Below the pieces are notes generated by a model, which was not told the origin of the DNA, did not search any database, and was given only the letters and a program-made list of their open reading frames with translations. Below, piece after piece: positions 57,866 through 64,000 of a stretch of DNA of 64,000 bases (position 1 is its first letter; each line of letters begins with the position of its first letter). The DNA is from an uncultured Candidatus Rokubacteria bacterium. Lineage in GTDB: Bacteria > Methylomirabilota > Methylomirabilia > Rokubacteriales > CSP1-6. Both the position numbers and the translations under genes were made by a program. The stretch lies in NCBI GenBank assembly GCA_963771355.1, contig CAVYTA010000006.1, positions 768,001 to 832,000 of the forward strand, in the 5' to 3' direction.

Positions 57866-58687
57866 TTATCCGGCGATCTCCTCGCCCCCGTCCACTCCGA
57901 TCACGTTGCCGGTGATCCAGTGGGTGTCGGGGTGCGAGAGCACGACGATGGCGCGGGCCACGTCGTCCGTGGTCGTCATGCGCCGGCTCGGGTTCCGCTC
58001 GATCGCCTTCCGGGAAAACTCGTCGTAGTTGGGGATCTTCTTGGCCGCCGGAGTGGCCGTCACGCCGGCACGGATGGAGTTCGCCGTGATCCGGCGCGGG
58101 GCCAGCTCGGCGGCGAGCTGTCGGATATTGGACTCCAGCGCCGCCTTGGCCGCGGACACCGGCCCGTAGAAGGGGAGCACGCGCGTGCTGCCGGAGGATG
58201 TCATCGCGAAGACGCGGCCGCCCTCGCCCATGAGCCCGCGGCCCACCACCTCCTGCGTCCAGTAGATGAGGCTATGCGCCATGACGTCGAGGGTCATGTC
58301 CATCTGAGCCTTGGACACCGCTTCCTTCATGGGGTCGGCGAGGAAGAGCTTGAGGGTGCCGAAGGCCAGGGAGTGCAGGAGCACGCGCAGCGTGCCCAGC
58401 TCGCCGCGCTCGCGAAGGACGCGCTCCATCTCGGTGGCGACCTCCACCCGCTTCTCGTCGTCGGCGGCATTCACGTTGAAGAAGTGGGCCTCGCGCCCGA
58501 GGGCGCGGATCTCCCCCACGATGCGCTCGACATTGGGCAGAGTGGCGCGGCGGTCGAGGTGCACCCCGAAGACATTGAGACCGGCGCGGGCCAGCGCCAG
58601 GCTGGTGGCCTCGCCGAAGCCGGACGACGCGCCGAGGACCAGGGCCCAGCCGGACAGCCGCACGGGCTCGACGGTGGGAGAGGTCAT
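57866..58687 (-). CDS. SDR family enoyl-ACP reductase (FabL-like)
   Basis: LGASSGFG, YGPVSAAK (Y-x6-K), ITGNVIGVDGG. Confidence 0.82.
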   Translation of the reverse strand: MTSPTVEPVRLSGWALVLGASSGFGEATSLALARAGLNVFGVHLDRRATLPNVERIVGEIRALGREAHFFNVNAADDEKRVEVATEMERVLRERGELGTLRVLLHSLAFGTLKLFLADPMKEAVSKAQMDMTLDVMAHSLIYWTQEVVGRGLMGEGGRVFAMTSSGSTRVLPFYGPVSAAKAALESNIRQLAAELAPRRITANSIRAGVTATPAAKKIPNYDEFSRKAIERNPSRRMTTTDDVARAIVVLSHPDTHWITGNVIGVDGGEEIAG

Positions 58688-58736
58688 CTCGGCGGCCATT
58701 CTAACACCAAGCGCCGCCGTGCTACCATTGAGCGCC

Positions 58737-59468
58737 ATGGCGAAGACCGCCGGCATCGTCCTCATCGGCAACGAAATCCTGTCCGGCAAGATCGCCGACG
58801 CCAATGCCGCCTACCTCTGCCGCGAGCTGCGCGCGCTGGGCGTGGAGGTGCGTCGCATCTCGGTGATTCCCGACGAGGTGGACCTCATCGCGACGGAGGT
58901 GCGGGAGCAGAGCGCGGCCCACGACGTGGTGTTCACCTCGGGCGGCGTGGGGCCTACCCACGACGACGTGACCATGGAAGGCGTGGCGCGGGCGGTGGGG
59001 ACCCGGGTGATCCGCCACCCGAGCCTGGTCGCCCTGCTCGAGCATTACTACAAGGGACCGCTCAACGAGGCGCGGCTCCGGCTGGCCGAGGTACCGGAGG
59101 GGGCCGAGCTGGTCGCCGACGGGTCGCTGATGTTCCCCGCCGTCACCGTGCGCAATGTCTACATCCTCCCCGGCGTCCCCGAGATCTTCCGCCAGAAGTT
59201 CGACGCGCTCCGCGAGCGGTTCCGGGAGACGCCGTTCCATCTGATCAGCGTCTTCGTGAACATCGGGGAGGGGACGCTCGCCGATCATCTCAACGCCCTC
59301 GTCGCCTGCCATCCCGACCTTCTCCTCGGCTCGTACCCGGAGTTTTCCAATCCCGAGTACAAGGTGAAGGTCACCTTCGAGTCCAAGGACCGGACCCTCG
59401 TGGAGCGCGCCGTGGAGGAGCTGCTCGCGGCGCTGCCGCCGGGGGCCCTGGTGAGAGTGCAGCGCTAG
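58737..59468 (+). CDS. Molybdopterin-binding domain protein (CinA N-terminal-like)
   Basis: IGNEILSGKIADAN, SGGVGPTHDDVT, LPGVP. Confidence 0.9.
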   Translation: MAKTAGIVLIGNEILSGKIADANAAYLCRELRALGVEVRRISVIPDEVDLIATEVREQSAAHDVVFTSGGVGPTHDDVTMEGVARAVGTRVIRHPSLVALLEHYYKGPLNEARLRLAEVPEGAELVADGSLMFPAVTVRNVYILPGVPEIFRQKFDALRERFRETPFHLISVFVNIGEGTLADHLNALVACHPDLLLGSYPEFSNPEYKVKVTFESKDRTLVERAVEELLAALPPGALVRVQR

Positions 59469-59474
59469 CTCGCG

Positions 59475-61250
59475 GTGAGCCTCACCGCCAAGGTGGTACT
59501 GGGCGTGGCCCTGGTCGCCGCCGCGCTCTTTCTTCCCGGCCTTGGCGGCGCGCCCTTCGTCGATCCCCCGGAGGGCTTCCACGCCGTGATCGCGTGGGAG
59601 ATGCTCCGCCACGGTGACTGGATCACGCCCCATATCAACGGCGTGCGGTACTTCGACAAGCCCCCGCTGCTCTACTGGCTGATAGCGGGGGCCTTCCGGA
59701 CGCTGGGGCCGCGGGAGGCGGCGGCGCGGCTAGGCTCGGCGCTGCCGGCCCTGGGCGTGGCCGCGCTGACCGCGTGGCTCGGCATGCGACTCGGCGGCGC
59801 GCGGGTGGGCCTGATCGCCGGCCTGATGGTGGCGGCCAATCTCGAGCTCTTCCTCTTCGCGCGCCTGGTCAAGCCCGACCTCCTCCTCGTCTTCTGCATC
59901 CTGCTCGCGTTCGCGGGCTTTCTCGAGGCCTACCTGCGGCGCGAGGCGGGCCGCGACGGACGCTGGGGCATCCTGGTCTTCTTCGCCGCCCTCGGGGCCA
60001 CGGTGCTGGCCAAGGATGTCCTGGGCGCGGTGGGGCCCCTGGTCACGGTGGCGATCTTCTTCGCCGTCACCGGCGAGCAAAATGTGGCGCGCCGGTGGAT
60101 CCCCTGGGCCGGCGTGCTCCTCTTCCTCGCCATCGCGGCGCCCTGGTACGTCCTGGTGGAGGCGCGCAACCACGGGTTCCTCTGGTACACGGTGGTGGAC
60201 AACCACATCCTCAACCTGGTCCACCATCGGGTCTTCCCCGACGAGGACGTGCCGCTGTCCGCGCTGGAGTTCCTCGTCGTGACGGCGATCGGGTTCATGC
60301 CGTGGTGCCTGGCGGTGCCCTGGGCGCTCTGGCGCCGGCTGCGCGGGCCCTGGCCGACGGCGGAGTCTCGCGCCTGGCTGCTACTCGCGCTCTGGGCGGC
60401 GGGCTCGCTGGCCCTCTTCACGCTCTCGCCCTTCAAGCTGCCCCACTACGGGCTTCCCGCGTTTCCCGCGCTCGCCCTCCTGGTCGCCAAGCTCTGGGAC
60501 GAGGTGCTGGAGGGAGTGCCGGGCACCCCGTCTCCAACCATCCTCCTGGTGCCCCCTCTCATCCTGTTCGCGGCGGCCGCCACCGCCGCGTTCCTGGCCT
60601 GGCAGGGCCACATTGCGATGGCCCCGGGAGCCTTGCCCAGCGCCGACGTCGCCGCGCGGAATGTGGCGGCACGGGGCCCGGATCTTCCCTTCATGTCGGC
60701 GGAGCAGCTAGCCCCGCTGCTCCGGTCCCTCTCGGCCGTTTTCGGCCTGGGGGCGCTGGCCGCCGCCCTCGCGCTGGCGCTGCGCCGTCCGGCCGTCGGC
60801 CTGGGGGCGCTCCTGGCCGCCATGCTCGCGTTCCTTCCGTTCTCCGCCGAGGGCTTCGCGCTGTTCGCCCGTAGCCGGTCGGTGCGGATGCTGAGCGACG
60901 CGGTGGCGCTGCGCGCCGCGCCCGGGGATCTCCTCGCCCACGAGGGCGCGCTGGAGAATAGCGGCTCGTGGCTCTTGACCCTCGACCCGCCCGGACGCGC
61001 ACCGAGCAGTGCACGGGTGAAGGTGGTCAATGGGCTCGTCTCCAACCTCGCCTTCGGCTCCAGCTTCCCCGAGGCCGGGGACACGTTCTGGGATGCCGAC
61101 CGGCTCGCGGCCGCGTGGCGGGGCGACCGCCGTATCTTTCTTCTCTCGGCATTCAGCCCCGAGCGGAGCGTGACGCGCGGTCTGCCCCCCGACCGCGTCC
61201 ATCTGCTCCTGGCCGCGGGCGGGCGCCGGCTCTACTCGAATCGGCCCTGA
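59475..61250 (+). CDS. ArnT-like GT-C glycosyltransferase (family 39/83)
   Basis: DPPEG, GDWITPHING..YFDKPPLLYW, LAK, PWY, KLPHY; many TM segments. Confidence 0.88.
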   Translation: MSLTAKVVLGVALVAAALFLPGLGGAPFVDPPEGFHAVIAWEMLRHGDWITPHINGVRYFDKPPLLYWLIAGAFRTLGPREAAARLGSALPALGVAALTAWLGMRLGGARVGLIAGLMVAANLELFLFARLVKPDLLLVFCILLAFAGFLEAYLRREAGRDGRWGILVFFAALGATVLAKDVLGAVGPLVTVAIFFAVTGEQNVARRWIPWAGVLLFLAIAAPWYVLVEARNHGFLWYTVVDNHILNLVHHRVFPDEDVPLSALEFLVVTAIGFMPWCLAVPWALWRRLRGPWPTAESRAWLLLALWAAGSLALFTLSPFKLPHYGLPAFPALALLVAKLWDEVLEGVPGTPSPTILLVPPLILFAAAATAAFLAWQGHIAMAPGALPSADVAARNVAARGPDLPFMSAEQLAPLLRSLSAVFGLGALAAALALALRRPAVGLGALLAAMLAFLPFSAEGFALFARSRSVRMLSDAVALRAAPGDLLAHEGALENSGSWLLTLDPPGRAPSSARVKVVNGLVSNLAFGSSFPEAGDTFWDADRLAAAWRGDRRIFLLSAFSPERSVTRGLPPDRVHLLLAAGGRRLYSNRP

Positions 61251-61269
61251 GCGGGAGTACCATACAGGG

Positions 61270-61962
61270 GTGAGCGGCGCGCCCTACCGTCTCAAGGACG
61301 ATCCTTACTCGAGTCACTCGCTCATCCTCTCCCGGCTCGGCGCCGGGCGGGGGCGCCGGGCCCTCGACGTCGGCGCCGCCGACGGCTTCCTCGCCGCCGA
61401 GCTGACCGCGCGGGCCTGGAAGGTCACCGCCCTCGAGCGCGATCCCGTCCAGGCCGAGCGCGCGGCCGCCCGCTGCGAGCGGGCCATTGCGGTGGACCTC
61501 GAGCGCGAGACGCCGGCGCTGGCAGGGCTCTATGACGCCCTCGTCTACGGCGACGTCATCGAGCATCTCTCGGACCCCCTCCGGATCATGCGCGAGCTCA
61601 ACCGATACCTGGCCCCCGGCGCGGTGGTCATCGTCTCCGTGCCCAACGTGGCACATCTCTCCGTGCGGCTCTCGCTGCTCTTCGGGCGCTTCGAGTACCG
61701 GGACCGCGGGATTCTCGACCGCACGCACCTCACGTTCTTCACGCGGCGCACCTTCCTCGACTTCCTCCGCCGGGCCGGGCTGGCCGTGCGCGAGCTGGTG
61801 GTGACCCCGGCCCCGCTGCCGCTGGTGGTACCCGAGCGCTTCCATGGGCCCTGGCTGAGCGCGCTGCACCGGTTCTCGGCGGGGACGGCGCGGGTCTGGC
61901 CCGGCGGGCTCGCCTATCAGTTCGTGGCGGTGTGCGCGGATGCGCGGGTGCCGGAGCGCTAG
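61270..61962 (+). CDS. Class I SAM-dependent methyltransferase (glycan-locus type)
   Basis: LDVGAADG, GDVIEHL, SVPNVAH, GILDRTHLTFFT. Confidence 0.9.
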   Translation: MSGAPYRLKDDPYSSHSLILSRLGAGRGRRALDVGAADGFLAAELTARAWKVTALERDPVQAERAAARCERAIAVDLERETPALAGLYDALVYGDVIEHLSDPLRIMRELNRYLAPGAVVIVSVPNVAHLSVRLSLLFGRFEYRDRGILDRTHLTFFTRRTFLDFLRRAGLAVRELVVTPAPLPLVVPERFHGPWLSALHRFSAGTARVWPGGLAYQFVAVCADARVPER

Positions 61963-62787
61963 ATGACCGCGTCCACGGCGGGATCCCCGCCGGCGTCCAA
62001 GGTGCCCAAGATCGTCGTGGTGATGCCGGCCTACAACGCAGGCCGGACGCTCCGGCTCACCTACGAGGAGCTGCCCAAGGAGACGGTGAGCCTGGTGATC
62101 CTGGTGGACGACGGCTCCACCGACTCGACCCTCGACGTCGCCCGCGAGCTGGGACTCGAGATCTTCGTCCACGATCGGAACTACGGGTACGGGGCCAACC
62201 AGAAGACGTGCTACACGGAGGCCCTGCGCGCCGGCGCCGACATCGTGGTGATGGTCCATCCCGACTATCAGTACGATCCGACCCTGGTGCCGAAGATCAT
62301 CGAGCCCATCACGCGGGGGGACGCCGACCTGGTGCTCGGTTCGCGGCTCAAGGGCGGCTCGGCGGTGCAGCAGGGAATGCCCTGGTGGAAGTACGTGGCC
62401 AACCGCTTCCTCACCTGGGTGGAGAATCGCGCCTTTGGCCTGGCGATGTCGGAGTATCACACCGGCTACCGGGCCTTCAGCCGGGAGCTGCTGGAGGCGG
62501 TGAATTTCCGGATGAACTCCGACGGCTTCGTCTTCGACCAGGAGATCGTGTCGCAGACGGTGGCCGCGGACTTCCGCCTCGCCGAGATCGCCGTTCCCGT
62601 GCGCTACTTCCCGGAGGCCTCCTCCGCCTCCTTCCTGGACTCCTGCGTGTACGGCACCAAGATTCTCTGGGTAGTCACCCGCTACCTGCTGCATCGCTCC
62701 GGCCTCAAGCGTTCCCGGCGTCTGGAGAGCATCCGCCGCCGGTACACGCGCCTCGGCCCGGGCGCCGAGGACCCAGACCCCCGTTGA
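61963..62787 (+). CDS. GT2 glycosyltransferase (polyprenol-phosphate sugar synthase-like)
   Basis: VVMPAYNA, VDDGSTD, NYGYGANQK, HPDYQY, EYHTGYRAF. Confidence 0.92.
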   Translation: MTASTAGSPPASKVPKIVVVMPAYNAGRTLRLTYEELPKETVSLVILVDDGSTDSTLDVARELGLEIFVHDRNYGYGANQKTCYTEALRAGADIVVMVHPDYQYDPTLVPKIIEPITRGDADLVLGSRLKGGSAVQQGMPWWKYVANRFLTWVENRAFGLAMSEYHTGYRAFSRELLEAVNFRMNSDGFVFDQEIVSQTVAADFRLAEIAVPVRYFPEASSASFLDSCVYGTKILWVVTRYLLHRSGLKRSRRLESIRRRYTRLGPGAEDPDPR

Positions 62788-63511
62788 GGGCGCGCCTCGC
62801 GGCCGCGCGCGCCCTCGACGTCGCCGCCGGCCTTCTCCTCGCGGGCATCCTCGCCGCCTTCGTCCACCCGTGGGTCCGCCCGGAAGATCTCTTCATCGCG
62901 CTGGTCCTGGTGGGAGGGCTCCGTCTGCTGCTCCGCCCGCTGCCCGTTCCCGCCTTCGCGCCCCGCCGGATGGTGGCGATGGGGACGATCGCCTATACGC
63001 TGGTCTTCTCCTTCGTGAACCACCGCACTCCGTACCAGGCCTTCGTGCTGCCGTTCCTCGTCCTCGCCGCCATCACCGGCTATGCCCGTCTGCGCGTGGC
63101 GCGCCCCCGGCGCGCCCGCGCGGGCGGCGCTCGCGCTCGCGTTGCTGGCGAGCCTCGTCCTGTCTTCTCGCACGGTGAATCAGTTCGCGTTGTATCAGTG
63201 GTGGCCGGATGCTGATGACCGGGCCGCCTACCGCGTGCTCGCGCGCGTACCCGCGGAGGCGGCGGTGTCGGCGCAGGATCCCTACGTCCCGCACCTCGCG
63301 CTGCGCGCGCGCGTCTTCGTCTTTCCGGTGGGGATCGAGGTCAGCGACCACCTGCTGCTGAACCTGGCGTCGTACCCCTGGCCCGATCTGCCCGGGGTGA
63401 CCATGGCGCGGGCGGGGGACGGGATGGAGATCGTGACGGGAACGGGGGAGGGTCTATCGCTATGCCGTGGCCGCCGAGGACGGCCCTCACCTACTCTTGC
63501 GGCGGCGCTGA
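62784..63511 (+). pseudogene. Internally deleted, frameshifted membrane protein (DUF2079-like GT-C)
   Basis: N-terminal TM segments to AYTLVFSF joined directly to HRTPYQAFVLPFL; continues in other frames as VPAEAAVSAQDPYVPHLALR and YRYAVAAEDGPHLLLRRR-stop. Confidence 0.55.
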
Positions 63512-64000
63512 CTCCGGCGGCGCCGGCGGCAAGCTCTCCGAGACCACCACACGATCGCGGCCCTCACGCTTGGCCCGGTACAGCGCGACATCGGCGGCGT
63601 GCAGGAGGGCCTCGCCCGCCGCGGCATGCTCGGGGAAGGCGGCGACGCCCAGCGAGATGGTGACGGGACCCAGGGGAGCGCCCCGATGGACGATACGCAG
63701 GCGATGGGCCGCCTCGCGCAGATCCTCGGCGCGGCGCACCGCGTCCTTGGCCGCGGCGCCCGGCAGCACGATGGCGAACTCCTCGCCGCCCACCCGGCAG
63801 GGCACGTCCTCCACGCGAACCTGACTGCGCAGGAGCCGCCCCAGCTCGGCCAGGAGCGCGTCCCCGGCGTCGTGTCCCTGGTCGTCGTTGAAGCGCTTGA
63901 AGTTGTCCACGTCGATGGTGATGATGGACAGCGGCAGGTTGTTACGGTGGGCCCGGCGCAGCTCGCGCTCCAGCGTCTCCTCCATGTAGCGCCGGTTGAA
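63491..64000 (-). CDS. Diguanylate cyclase, C-terminal GGDEF domain (partial)
   Basis: FNRRYM, DVDNFKRFNDDQGHDAGD, RVED I-site, RVGGEEF intact. Confidence 0.93.
   Translation of the reverse strand, partial: FNRRYMEETLERELRRAHRNNLPLSIITIDVDNFKRFNDDQGHDAGDALLAELGRLLRSQVRVEDVPCRVGGEEFAIVLPGAAAKDAVRRAEDLREAAHRLRIVHRGAPLGPVTISLGVAAFPEHAAAGEALLHAADVALYRAKREGRDRVVVSESLPPAPPESAPPQE

Overview
A 64 kb piece of high-GC bacterial chromosome, almost entirely coding. The outer-membrane export genes point to a diderm. The gene mix is reminiscent of Ca. Rokubacteria/Methylomirabilota, but that is an unverified inference. I found no rRNA, tRNA, CRISPR array, prophage or intact mobile element. The left end (1-7.5 kb) is the head of an exopolysaccharide locus: a PEP-CTERM/XrtA-type priming sugar transferase, an outer-membrane beta-barrel and a Wza-type exporter. 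It is preceded by two near-identical sigma54 promoters, two sigma54 activators (one with a pseudo-receiver, one frameshifted just before its HTH) and a catalytically degenerate GGDEF protein that keeps its RxxD I-site. The remainder is core and metabolic: futalosine menaquinone genes (mqnD, mqnC, mqnE), a MaoC-pair/glycolipid synthase/deacetylase operon, ilvD, a molybdopterin oxidoreductase, hydantoinase/oxoprolinase A and B, an orphan CoxL-like subunit, metH, queG, LOG, def, a ferritin-like protein, SirB1, a racemase with a TAXI-TRAP transporter, a short mutY plus NUDIX, ygfZ, yyaL, a TPP riboswitch with thiSGE, peptidases, tldD-pmbA-tatD, tcuA, uppP, an enoyl-ACP reductase, a surface glycosylation cluster and a partial diguanylate cyclase. 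The most notable signals are a putative two-tier sigma54/c-di-GMP cascade for EPS, a HexSD-like aminoglycolipid operon, pervasive leaderless-type promoters, recurrent CTG (and one ATC) apparent start codons, a TPP riboswitch whose extra stem can act as anti-terminator, and several gene remnants. All family calls are by motif recognition; no database search was run.
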